From NCBI GenBank assembly GCA_965603825.1, contig CBFDEM010000031.1, positions 1 to 64,000 on the forward strand: DNA of 64,000 nt. Direction: 5' to 3'. Positions 13,447-25,700 of the stretch are shown piece by piece. A program made the position numbers and the translations under genes. The first letter of the stretch is position 1, and every line of letters starts with the position of its first letter. The DNA is from Blepharisma stoltei ATCC 30299. Lineage: Eukaryota > Protista > Ciliophora. The notes below the pieces were generated by a model. That model had not been told where the DNA came from, made no database searches, and saw only the letters and a program-made list of their open reading frames with translations.

Positions 13447-15208
13447 ATGGAGCTAATTCATTGTTTCGAGCCAAAGTGCAAGCGCGAAGTTGAATATACG
13501 TGCTATTGCACTTCTCCTGGAACTCTATCCTGTGAAAAGCATATTGGGAAACATTTGAGGATTCCTAACAAGACCCACTCCTATGACAGTAAATTTGTAG
13601 AGCCTTGTGAAGAGACAAAAGAAGCAATACTTGAGCTTCTTATGGAAGAAGTGTCGAAAAATAGCATATTGAAGGATAAAATCTTAGGATCCTTTGGTCA
13701 ATGCTTGCTTAAATCAGAGCATGATATCAGAGAGCTTGTAAAATCTTTGGACTTAAATTCATTTAGAATAAGCTATTATTTTGCAAAAATTCCTCAAACT
13801 CAAAAGATATCAAAATCAGAGCAAGACCCAATTTTAGGGTTATTGAGTTTACAGCCTGGTGAAGCTGTTGAAAAATTAAAAGCAATGATCCCATCCAATC
13901 AGACTGGCATGGCAGTGAAAAGCTATTTTGCGAATTCAGCGAAGAAGTAGAGGAAATAATTGGGGATTTTACTAAAGATAAGTTTGGCGCTCATTTGAAT
14001 AAAATACTCTTTAGTATAGAAAGCACTATTGAAAAGCATAATAAATTTACCACAACAGTAAATGTCAAGCATAAAAATATTATCAAAACAACAGTTGATA
14101 AGTTAGCAAATATAAAGGAATCCATTTCCAAGTTGATAAAAGAGTATGAAAATAGCATAAGAGACCTAGAAGGAATAAATCTAATAAATGAAAATAAAAA
14201 GAGCGAGAAAGACCTCAAAGACAGTAATGAAGACCTGCTTTATTCTCAAACTATTAAAATAAATCAAGATCTTATCAAAAATAATGAAACAGAAAAAGCC
14301 CAAAGCATTCAAGAGCTAAGAGAGAAGAGGTCTGAAATTTTAAATAGACCAAATGACCCAGAATTAGAGCAAGACTTTAGGAGAACCTGCTCAAAGTTCA
14401 GTAGCGATGTCTGTGTTGATCAGCAAGCTTATCAAGATTATACTAATGCTTATCGCCAAAAAATATCTCTTTATACAATTATATACAATAATTTGATTAT
14501 TTATGATACAGAGAATGATAGTAAAGAAGTAAAGATATTAGAGACTCTTGAACCACTAGATTGTCTAACTTGCATTGCTCAGCTTCCTAATGGTAATTTA
14601 TTTTGCTTTGGTAATTGCCAACCTTCTGGAGTTTCATTGATAATTGATGAGAATTATAGAGTTCGGTAGCTGCCATCTGGAACTCCTTGCGTACTTCATC
14701 AGCTATCTATTTCAATAATAGTCTTTATTGCTTTGGAGGAGGATATAATAGAAAACATTTAACTCTATCAGAGAGATTTGATTTAAATGAAAACCGATGA
14801 ATTAAATTAGAGCCACTGCCACAAGCTGATTACCGTTGCACTAGTGTAATATTTAACGGGAATATTGTGATTTCTGGATTAAATAAAAATCTTTTGAGGT
14901 ATTCAATTGTTAGCAACACTTTCGCAACAATTCCTTATGATTTCCAAGCTAATAAACCCAAGATTCTTATAAGTGCAGAGAGACTGTATTTAATTGAATG
15001 TGAAAATGGATCAATCTATGAAAGCGAATTGTCAAATGACGCTGCCTGGAGACGAATTGGAGGCTCAATAATAATTGGTTATTTTAATCAAGTTTATTTG
15101 TCATATAATAAAGGAGGAATAAACATTGCATGCTGTTTGGGTGTTATTTCTTACTTCAAGTTTAATTTAGAGACGAAAAGATTAACTAAGGTGGATAAAT
15201 ATATTTAA
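13447..15208 (+). pseudogene. Zn-finger (B-box-like) / coiled-coil / Kelch-like repeat protein, disrupted
   Basis: N-terminal C-x4-C...CxC...C-x2-H-x3-H, a coiled coil, then CIAQLPNGNLFCFG and AIYFNNSLYCFGG...ERFDLNENRW(TGA). Frameshift at ~13895, in-frame TAG at 14667 and a frameshift at ~14690. Confidence 0.7.
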
Positions 15209-15379
15209 GAAGATAAGTAGGTCTCATTTAATAATCTTTTCCTATTAACTCTTTTCAATATCTTTTATTGATCAATCTGGCTTTTATACTCATGCACTTG
15301 AAGCTTATTCTGAAATATAAATATTAATGTTTTTCACTTGAGAGATGCTTCAACTGACACAATAACTCAATAATTTATT

Positions 15380-15919
15380 ATGAATTACATAATTTGATAT
15401 GATTCGATCTGCATCTGTTCCTCCAATTCCATCATATCATGTCCCGGCATCGCCTGTAACGGTACAGCGTTTAGTAACAAGTTTTGTACAGGCATAGCTT
15501 GTAGTATAGCTTGTAATGGCATGTCTTGCACTGGCGCATCTTGTAGTGGAGGTCCTTATATATCAATTTGCATCAAATCTTCCAATTCCAGCATGTCATG
15601 CTGTGACACTACCTGTGGTGAAACTGTGCTTAGTACCATGTTATGCACAGGCATATCATGTGCTGCACCATATTGTAGATCCACTTTTTGTATCGCATGT
15701 CGTAACTGTAATTCCTGTATTGACATAGCCTGTATAGGCGTAGCTTGTGTCGGAACATTCTGCAGTAGCATCAGACACGTACTGTGCATGCACCTCCTGT
15801 ATAGACATTTCATAGATGACTCAGCATGTAGTGACCCAATATGTAGTAGCTTATCCTGAGGTGGTTCAGCCTATACTGGCAGTGGTTGTTATAAAATGGA
15901 TCTGCTTGGATTGGCATAA
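15380..15919 (+). CDS. Cys/Ser-rich protein with CxxxxC pentapeptide-like repeats (179 aa), possibly degenerate
   Basis: Open from ATG 15380 to TAA 15917-19 when TGA=Trp. Contains repeated CTGIAC/CNGMSC/CTGASC/CIGVAC units and has higher GC than its flanks. Confidence 0.5.
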
Positions 15920-16285
15920 CTTGCACTTTTGCCGAGCAAAAAAAGGGCCCGTTCCAGTCAACCTAGTTGACTATACCAATTACCCGTATCTTAACCAGGC
16001 ATATCGCCTCCTGTGTCTCATAATTGTAAATTCAAGGAGCCATCTTTGTAATGTTCGTTTTTCTATGGTAAAAAATACAAAATTGACGCATATTATTGGT
16101 ATAAATTTATCGAGAAAAATGCCATCACAGTATTTTACGAGAATTGAGGTTTTGCCTGTGCCAGAGTTTTCTATAATGCAAATATTAATCGCCCTGAATT
16201 AGATTTACTCGCCCATTTTATAATTATTTAAAATCCATTTTCTCATATAATTTATTTCCTAAAGTTTCAGAGATTTTGATCGATT

Positions 16286-16423
16286 ACGATAAATCCAAAT
16301 GATTTGAACTATCATTTAAATAAAGGAAAAGTGCTGGCTGAGATGGGAAGAAATGCTGAAGCTGCCAATTATTTTATGGAGGCAGGAAGAATTGACCCTA
16401 AAATCGATGATCCTTATTTCTAA
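16286..16423 (+). pseudogene. Isolated TPR repeat fragment
   Basis: TINPNDLNYHLNKGKVLAEMGRNAEAANYFMEAGRIDP matches the TPR consensus. No start codon or upstream frame. Confidence 0.55.
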
Positions 16424-16774
16424 CAGCAAGCCAATTAATTTCTCTTTTCAAGAGCAACAAAATTAATGGAAAATTAGCATTTTTAAAATCTTAAAAAAAA
16501 TATATAATTTAATATAAATCTTGTTCGTTTTGCATGGAATAGGAATAATATTTAAAATTTATATAATTTTGGTCTTCGGGGAATAAAGCATATTTTAGTA
16601 AAAATATAATTCTGATTATCAATAATTATTCCATAAAATGTTTAAAGAATTTTATGATTGAAAAGAAGTCTTTTTAATTGAAATTTATCTATTGTTTAAG
16701 CTATGAATTAAAAATTTAAATTGAATTGCACCCCTTAGAAATAATATTTTATTAATCCAATTATTATTGCTGTT

Positions 16775-18274
16775 CTAGTGATAAAGAAATGAATATCCTA
16801 ATTGAAACTGTTTGGAGTCTTCAAAATTTTTGATTTTCCCTTCATTTGTTGATAATAAGCTGCAATTTTTTATTACAAGATGCTTAGATTGGTCTATAAG
16901 TGCTGAAAATTTTCTTGCTTCTTTTCCCCAGAGCATAAAAACCGCTTTATTCAGAATGGAGTTTAAAATGTGAGCTATTTCAATCACAAATTCATTAAAT
17001 TTATCTAATTTTTCTCTTGTCATACTCCTAAAAGCAATTGCAGGGCTAAGAACAATAATATCTTTTTTCAATTTTATTCACTTTTTATTCAAATCTATAC
17101 TTCTACGAACCATATTAATCTTTTCAATCAGCTTATTGTAATCAATTATCTTTTTCTTTGGCATTGAAATCAAAATAATAATTTTTATAGTTCTTGGGTC
17201 TTTTTTAAAAATTTCGAAAAAATAATTTAGTCTTTCACCGACTTCTAAATTATCAAACCATCTTTCATTATCCGGACTTTTATTCAAAACTGAAGGGAAA
17301 ATTCCAATATTTCGCTTTTGTAATACGATAAAGCTTCAAATTTGTTTTATCAAAGCAATTATTGTAGGACTAAGCAGATCTTTTCATAAAGGAAGAAACG
17401 ATTTTAAGGTCTCATCAAAAATTACTGAGCTGTCTAATCTATGAATTCCCCTAACAATATTTGGATTAGTTTGGCTTATCTCTGCGTCAATTTTATTGTG
17501 CCTAAATTCAAACTTAATCATATCATGGTTAGATGTCATAATATAAGCATCATTATCATAATACAGCCAATAAGAAAACCTATCAATTCCCCATCTCTTA
17601 ATGACTCCCATAAATTTTCATTCATCTAAATTCCACAAACTTAATGAAAATAAATGTCCATGGTCATCAACAGCATATAGATTTTCATTAAGCGTAAATA
17701 AGTGCTTTACTCCACCTATCTCAATAGTGTTCATAGTTGATTTGGAATTGGTTAAAATATCATAAACTTCAAATAGGTAAATGTTTTGCTCAGATGAAAT
17801 GATTATATAATCATAAAACAAAGCACAGGAATAATATAAATGATTGTTTCCTCCAGCTATAGTAAAATATATATCTCTATATATATCCAATTTATACCAT
17901 TTCATAAATCCGAATACATAAACCATATCGTTTTTATAATAAACTGCAACTGGTCTTGTTACTTCTTTATGCGAAGGTTTTTTAAAGCGAAAAATATTTC
18001 CTTGAGTATCCAAAGAAAATCAAACACCTGAGTCTTTTGGGTTACGATGGTAGAAGCAAAGAACTTTATTATTAGGAAGCGAGCAAAGTATTCAAAACTG
18101 TTTTTCAGCCATTTCATCTGGCTTAATTTGCAGCAATTGCTTAGAATAGTCATTTACATCTAAAAATCATGCATGCTCTGGAAAATTTTCTCTATAAAAG
18201 CAAATATTTGAATTAAAAACTTCTTTTGAGCTTGGGTTTGCAACTGTCTCTGATGCTGTCTGTTTTTCTAACAT
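16775..18274 (-). CDS. Kelch-like propeller fused to a degenerate uracil-DNA glycosylase-like domain (499 aa)
   Basis: Single 1500-nt frame once TGA=Trp. N-terminal LCSLPNNKVLCF and VYYKNDMVYVFG repeats. C-terminal WKDLL...IFP...DPRTIKIIIL...AVFMLWGKEARKFSALIDQSKHLVI...F..SKQF is colinear with family-1 UNG. Confidence 0.7.
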
Positions 18275-18376
18275 TTTATTAATAATTTTTAAAAAGAACT
18301 ATTAAAAACGAAATGTTATATTTGGGATAATACTAATAACCAGCAACTTATAGGCTTTTTCAACATTAAGCAAAAA

Positions 18377-19207
18377 TTAATTGAATGCTTTTAAATTCAC
18401 TTTTGGAGATTTCGATAGTTCAAGGCCGAGCTTTGTTTTCATTTGGTCTGATTCTTTAGAATTATTTTTGATGACAGACTGTATGCATTTATCTATTTCT
18501 TCATTCCCAATAGTATTTTTAGAAATAAATTCAAATTTTCCAACAGGTGAGCTGGAATTGGAAAATTCAGCTAAAGAGACCAAAGAGCAACTCTTGATTT
18601 TTGATTCTTCAATGTTTTTTAATAAATTTTTTTTAATAATCCTTGGCGAGTTTCTATACATATGATTAAAATAAATTGAATTCAGCCCTTTTGCAACTTC
18701 CTCTTTGGCAACCACCTTTTCTTTTCCTCTTCTATATTGATAGTTCGCCTTAGGTGTCTCAAAAAATTGAATATTTAATTTTGATTTCGTTCTATCTGGA
18801 CCGTATTTTCTTTTATTATTTTGCACAAGTCTATAGGTTTCTTTATCCGTGAAAATTTCTTGAGTCATATATCTCTTATGCTGCGGATTATCCCCATAAA
18901 TGATTTGCAAAGCATTTTTTTCTTTTTGCTTATGCTTTTCCAGCTCTTCTTTATTTTTGATTAGCTCGATTCGGTTTTTTCCTTTCAAATAAGTCTTAGT
19001 TCGATTGAAAGTAATCCCTGTTTTCGGTGATGAGATTTGGGTAAGGATTCTTAAGGTATCAATTGAGGAAGATTTAACGGGTTCTTTTTTTATCATTTTT
19101 AGGTCATTTTGTAATAGGTCAATTGAGGAAAGAAGATGGGTGACTCTTTTTGCTCTTATTGTTGGGCGCTTTGGGGTTGCTATATTATCAAGCTTGAGTG
19201 GCATCAT
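18377..19207 (-). CDS. Hypothetical basic protein (276 aa)
   Basis: Intact ATG-TAA ORF, Lys-rich, no recognisable domain. Confidence 0.7.
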   Translation of the reverse strand: MMPLKLDNIATPKRPTIRAKRVTHLLSSIDLLQNDLKMIKKEPVKSSSIDTLRILTQISSPKTGITFNRTKTYLKGKNRIELIKNKEELEKHKQKEKNALQIIYGDNPQHKRYMTQEIFTDKETYRLVQNNKRKYGPDRTKSKLNIQFFETPKANYQYRRGKEKVVAKEEVAKGLNSIYFNHMYRNSPRIIKKNLLKNIEESKIKSCSLVSLAEFSNSSSPVGKFEFISKNTIGNEEIDKCIQSVIKNNSKESDQMKTKLGLELSKSPKVNLKAFN

Positions 19208-19935
19208 TTTTTGATTATTTTTAGTGAATCGGTAATATGAAAGCGCTCAGAATGGCTCTTTTTTGTTAGGTGAACTAATAAAAAAATGTTTAGAGTCAAA
19301 TCAAAAAAATTATGACGAGATTTTAATGCTGAAAAATAAAGAAAGAGATAGGCTTGATAATTCTGATTTTTTGAAAATTATAATTATGATAAATTTTAAA
19401 TGATTTGCTCTGCTTAGATTCCGATTGGAAACAATTTTCAAGCTAATTATTTTTGAATTGAATTTGAATTAAAAGTAAAATTTTAAACACATAATTTATT
19501 TGTATATTTAGCTAATAAGCACCCCAATTATATAATTTTGCAATAATTTTAATCAAAAATTATAGATGCTCTCGTGATAGCTACACTCAAAAATCAAATG
19601 GGTAAAGCAATTAGATTTATACTAGACCCTTGAATGCGATCATAATCAGCTATCCACAAGCAATAGGTATATTAATGACCGTATTATATGGTAATAGATA
19701 CAAAATCAAGTGACACTATGGCTTTCTTAGAATTATTTTTTAAGTATAAAAATTGTAATAACTATTAATTGTAATGAGCTTAATATTTGACAAATTTTTT
19801 AATCATATATTAACTAAAAAAGGCTACTTATAGAATAAATAAAAGGATTTAATATTAGTTTTCTAATGAAAATAATTTTAGTTTAGATAGGATCAATATT
19901 TTAAAAAGCAATTAAAATAATTCAGAATTAGTTTT

Positions 19936-21704
19936 TTAATTATTCTTAGATTCAATAGCTTTATTATAGCATTCCATAGCTTCTTCTTTTCTTCCAATTT
20001 CTTCAAGAGCAATTGCTAAGGTTTGATAATACGTTGGATTTGTAGGCTTGATAGAAATGGCACCATAAAAATATTTTATCGACTCTTCATGTTTCTTATT
20101 ATCTAATAATATGCACCCTATACTATAATAGGCAGGATCATAATTTGGATCAACTCTTATGGCATTGGTGTAGTATTCTATAGCATCATCATATTTTCCT
20201 TTTTTATTAAAAGACACTCCTTTATTAATATATGCACAGATATAATCAGGATTACTTCTGATAGCTTCACTATAGTTGCTGATTGCATCTTCAAGCCTCC
20301 CTTTTTTATAAAAATAGTATCCTAAGTTATTATAAGCAAGATGATTATTCTGGTCAAGTTTTATAGCAAGATTTCAAGACTCTACAGCTTCTTTCTTATT
20401 ATTTAACGAAAACAATACTGTTCCTTTATTGCTATGGCTTCAGGAATAATAAGGATTAACCTTAATTGTTTTGTTTAAATATTTAATAGCTTCTTCATTT
20501 CTTTTTTCTCCGAAGAAAAGTTTTCCTAATCCGTTAAAAGCTTGATAGCAATTTGAATCAATCATAATTGCTTCACTATAGCAATTTAAAGCTTCTTCAT
20601 ATTTTGTTAAGTCTTGGCATGCACTTCCTTTGCTGGTATATCCTAGGCTAAATTTAGGTTATATTTGAATCAATTCATCGCAGCAATTAATAATTTCACT
20701 ATATCTTTTTAAATCATGAAGAATCTTGCATTTAAAAAAATTAATAAAAATATTTTCAGGGGAGCTGCAAAGTTTATTATAACAGTCCAAGCTTTCTTTT
20801 TTTAAATTAATTGAAAATAAATATTCTGCTTTAATCAGATGGACAATAGAAAATTGTGGATTTATGCCAATAAGCTCATTTAAATGAGTTATTGCTTCTT
20901 CTTTTCTGTTTAGACTTGCGAGGATAATGCTTTTATACCAGAGAGCATCTAAGTATTCTGGTTTTAGTTTAAGGGTAAAATTGATATCATTAAGTGCTTG
21001 CATAGAATTCCCAGAGTAATATTCAAAAATTCCTTTTTACAATACCAAAAATGACTTCTCGATGGAAAATCGCTGAAATCATCAGCCCATGATTTAATAA
21101 AATTTTCGTGCTTTTTGAGCTCTTCATTAAAAACATTTTGATTTATTTGAATTGGCTTTTGCTCAAATTTATCAAGAAATTCTTTGATTGCTGAAAATGG
21201 GTGCTTTGCTATATTTTCAGTTATTTTTATAATTTCTTCCATAAATCTGTTTATAGAATTCACGATTTTTAGATTTTCATTATCAACTAATAAAGACTCA
21301 ATGCCTTTAGAAAGTTCTTCTACATGCTCTTCATAGATTTTGGAATTTTTATCTATATTTGCAAAAGCAGAAATCTGCTCGTTTATTGTGTTTATATGAA
21401 AATCAATATTTTGTAAGCTATATTCCATTAAGCTTTCGAAGCAGGATACACATTTAGAAAAAATTTCTAAAGATTCATTCTTTACTTTTTGAGTTTGTTG
21501 CTTTATATCACTGAATAGATCAATCATTGTCTTATTTTGCTTTTGGGAGGCTTCTATTGGTATGAAATTATGACTTCATCCCAAAAACGCAGAAACATGC
21601 TCATTAATGTGATAATTGCACATGAAAATCTCAAAACCAGTGCATTTGCAGAGCATTTCTGCTCTTTGAGTGCATAGTGGGTCATAGCATTTTAGGACAT
21701 TCAT
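19936..21704 (-). pseudogene. Zn-finger (B-box-like) / coiled-coil / TPR protein with two lesions
   Basis: ATG at 21704 (KCYDPLC...CKC...C..H...H), a coiled coil, and about 9 TPRs. Frameshift in an A-run at ~21035 and an in-frame TAA at 20659-61; the TPRs continue in frame past the TAA. Confidence 0.7.
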
Positions 21705-22096
21705 TTCAATATACGATTATTAAATTATTATAAAGATTTATAAATAAAACCTATCTTAATAAAAGCATTTTTTTCAATGCTATTTGTAAAAATAATTATG
21801 ATGTTTATTACGTATATATTTATTTATTATTTTAAAAATCTTATTTTTATGAATGTTTTTATTTGCTTGCCTTATTTTTCACTTTCAATATAAAATTATC
21901 TCAAAAAATTATTTAATTATGTCTATTTTGATAAGCTAATTAGTGATTAATTTAACTCCATTATTATAATCATAAAAATGTTCATAGTATTCAGTAAAAA
22001 TCGCCTTTTTCAATTAAAATTATTTTTAAAAGAAAATAACTCCAAAATTTTCCTTTCTATTATTACCTACAATTGAAAATCTATGGTAAACATAAT

Positions 22097-22714
22097 ATGC
22101 ATATCTTCCTGATTTTTTTTATTGTCTCAATCCAACTCTCCAGGTCTCAAAACTGCTCCTGCAACTCTGAAATCTTAGGAAACGGCTATTGCGATCACCA
22201 ATGCAATACTACTTCTTGCAATTTTGATTCAGGGGATTGTTTGCCACAAACCCCTACCAATTCTTCAGAATCCTCATCTGAAGGTGGTGGTGGTGCAAGT
22301 AATGGGACAGTTCTACTCATGAGCATTGTGATGGGGCTTTCTTTCGGTTTATTTTGGTATTTTTTATACAGACTTGGCTGTATTTTATTTTATGTATGTA
22401 AAAAATTTAAAGCTGAACATAAATTTGAAGTGGTCACAGCTTCTCTACCAAGCGATTCAGGTGATTTGTATCAGAGTTCAGGCAGAAGGTTAATAGGATA
22501 TACTTGAATTGAGCATAAATATCCTCTGAAATATTTTTCAGATGAAGTAAGGTTTAAAGGTGAGCCAGTTTGCACAGTTTGTTTAATGGAATTATTTGAA
22601 CGTGACCCTGTAAGGGTAATTAATTGCTGACACATTTTTCATAGTCAATGTATTGATGAATGAATTATGACTTCTGAGAGTCTAAAATGTCCAAATTGCA
22701 ATTCAGATTTTTAG
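22097..22714 (+). CDS. Signal peptide / LNR (Notch) repeat / TM / RING-H2 E3 ligase
   Basis: LNR: CNSEILGNGYCDHQCNTTSCNFDSGDC. Then a TM helix and, through TGA codons, CTVC...CWHIFHSQCIDEW...CPNC, ending at TAG 22712-14. Confidence 0.85.
22357..22371 (+). other. Candidate 15-nt spliceosomal intron
   Basis: GTATTTTTTATACAG has GT..AG ends and A at position 10, as in heterotrich tiny introns. Removal is frame-neutral and removes an Arg from the TM helix. Confidence 0.6.
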
Positions 22715-22755
22715 TATATAAAGGTTTAGTATCAAAGCTAATGAAAAATAATTTT

Positions 22756-25700
22756 TTATCTTTTATTTTTAATAGATTTATATCACAAGTTGCTTTCATT
22801 AATTTCTCTATACCCCTTCCAGCTTTCAGGTGGGCTTGCACCTATATCTTTCATGTAATCTAAAAGAGCTCTGCATGGCCCGTCGTCTACTTTTTTAAGA
22901 TTCTGAGCTTTGATAAAGCCTTCTCTTGCCTTAGCCCAATTTCCTTCCTTATAATAGTTTAATGCCTTTTCATAAGTTCTAATAAATTTATCACTCACAG
23001 AATTGGTCATTATAAATAAATCTCTATCATGCTCAAGCAGCTGGGCTACTTTGTATTCTCCTGCGGCTATTTTTTTCTTTAAATTTTCTTTTCTTTCTTT
23101 GATTCTTTTGCTTAATTTATTCATATTTTCTGAATTAATTTTTTCATATGGTTTTAATAACTCTGGCGCTATATCACAAGTATATAATTCTAAAGGAATC
23201 ACATTTCCTTCCAGCGACAATTGAATTTCATCTATTTTCCTCATTTTTGATTTGGCTTGCTCAGAGCAATTTTCATACAAAGAGTTGCTGATTATCAGAG
23301 GAACTCCATAATGTTTGGTCAATGACTCCAGTTTTTTCGAAACTTCTAATGCTGGAGATAAATAAGAAGCATCAATTTTATATTCGCTCCCAATAACTCC
23401 TTCAATAGCCCATCCATAATGTAGCCCAAAGCCTAATTGTACAGAATAGCCTGGCATATGCTGCGTAAGCTCAATGTGGTCTCTATATTTCAAAATGTAA
23501 GGATGTTTATAGATCCCTGCAATAATTTTTAGACAGCAAATAAAAGACATATCGGCTATTTCACTTACTGATGAAAATTTTTCATCAGATAAAATTTCAT
23601 TTTCTTCTATTGAATTTGATTCATATGGCTTCCATACCATCAAAAAGGAATTTCCCATATTTTTGTTTATGTGCCCTGAAAAATATTCCGTCACACTTTG
23701 AACTATATGAGCTATTTGATTAACAAATCCTAAGACATCTTCCCTCAAAATTTCAGTTGTCTCGTTGAAATTTCTGATTTTGCATATCCCGAAAATACAG
23801 TACGTTTTTTTACCTGGAACTAGAGTCTCAATATTTCCGTCTACATTTGATAAATTTTGTTCAATTATTTTCATGCCGCTTTCTCCAAATCCTGATGCTA
23901 ATAAAATAGCAATTTTATTTATAGTAGATTGGAGATACTTAGTTTCATATATAGTGGTTTCTTTTCCTAAAATAGATCTTCAGCTGTCGTTTCTAAGGAT
24001 TTGCCGAGGCTGTTTAAGCTCTTCTTTTTGAGCTTTAAGTCCAGCTTTTAGAGGATTTCTTAAGACAGCTTTTAAGTCTTCTATCATTTTCCCAAAAGGT
24101 CCATGAAGCATCATTTTTGTATCTTTTGCAATCAAAGTAGAAGCTGCCAACAAAAGCACACAAATAAAAGCAGTCTCAATCATATTAAGCCCTGCATCAA
24201 GCCTTGTTGATGGTCTCATATCAAACACGGCATAGCTAAAATAATAATAATCATTATCCACATCAGGCAAAACTGCTGTTAATTGTTCTAAAGGTCTTAA
24301 TTCATTAGGATCTATATCACATCTATATATCATATTGGTATGGTTCACCATCAAGTAAATCAACGGATTTCATTTATTTTTATGGTCATCCACGTACTGT
24401 TCAAAGGCAAATTCTGCTTCAGTTTCATTATCTTTAAGCAGCACATTGATCACTGATAACCCATATTGATAAGACGTATTTTCAGCTTGAATAAATGCTG
24501 TAGAAAAGAAAGGGATAATAATTAAAACGCTGAAAACCAAAATAATGACACGCTTTGTGGCGATATCTGTAATGTCTTCGCCTATTTTCAGCTCTTCTTC
24601 TCGCCTTTTCATTTGTGTGAGAAAATCGCTTTGGATTGACCCGTCTGCAGACCCTCCATGGTTGCGCCGATTTTCTTCAGAAATTTGGCTTGACTTAATA
24701 ATATTTTGAGAATTTGTGTCACTGAAGGACTGTGAAAGGGAAAAATCTGTATTGCTTTTTATCGTATTTATTCTATTTATATTTTGGTATATAAACTGAT
24801 CAGAAATTGGCTTGGTATTTCCTCTGTATACCACGACAGCTCTGTCAAAAGTTTTATTAGCCTTTTCTCCACTAGATATATCTGACATACAAAATGACTG
24901 ACATTCTGAAAAATTATTGCTTTTTAAGGTTTCCATTCTGACAGGATTTTGCATTATAACTTGGTTGGAAACTGGTTCAATGTCACCACGAAAGGCAATT
25001 ATTCCTCTCTCTAACTTATTTTCTCTAAAAAAGTCTATATCAGAGCTTTTTGGCGTCAAAAATGTTTGCGATTCTGATATGCTGCTGCAGCTTCGGATTG
25101 TATCGATTCCTTCTGCATTTTCAATTGCTATTTGGTCAGAAATTGGGTTAAATTCTCCTCTAAAAATAATAGAAGCCCTCCCCAGTTTATTTTCATCTGA
25201 AAATTCTCTGCTTACACTTCTACTCGTTAAAAATGTCTGAGACTCTGATACGTTGCTTTCAGTCCTTATAGTGTCCATAGCCTGTGCATTTTGATTAATA
25301 ATATTATCAGAAATTGGGTCTTGATTGCCTCTAAATACATTGACAGCTCTGTCCAGCTTATTTTCATTCAAAATTTCTATATTGGAATTTTTTAACGTCA
25401 AAAATGACTGTGATTCAGAGTTTTCATTAGAAGCTCCAATAGAGTCAATACGGTCCCAACAATTATTAACAGAATTTGGGACAGTCGGGTCATGTGCTCC
25501 TCTAAACTGTATTATGGCTCGATCTAATGTAGGGGCATCTTGGCGCTGTGGAGCCGGAAAATAATTGCGTGAAACTGATACTGAAGAAAAAGAATTCGTC
25601 GAGTTTGGCCTTGACGAGCTGATTTCTAAATTTACTTCTCCAGCTGAAGAAGCCAAAACGTCGTTAATTACAGGCACATTTGGCCCCCTAAATGCACAAA

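Noticed and set aside
17449-17456. Internal CCCTAACA as a telomere seed
   Set aside because: It is a single 8-mer inside a coding frame, which is expected by chance.
14667-20661. TAA/TAG reassignment or Condylostoma-type ambiguous stops
   Set aside because: In-frame TAA/TAG occur only in genes that also carry frameshifts or deletions. The intact conserved genes contain none.
21032-21044. Intron explaining the TPR gene frameshift
   Set aside because: The GT..AG segment is 13 nt, below the 15-16 nt norm, and its removal gives the wrong frame. An A-run indel fits better.
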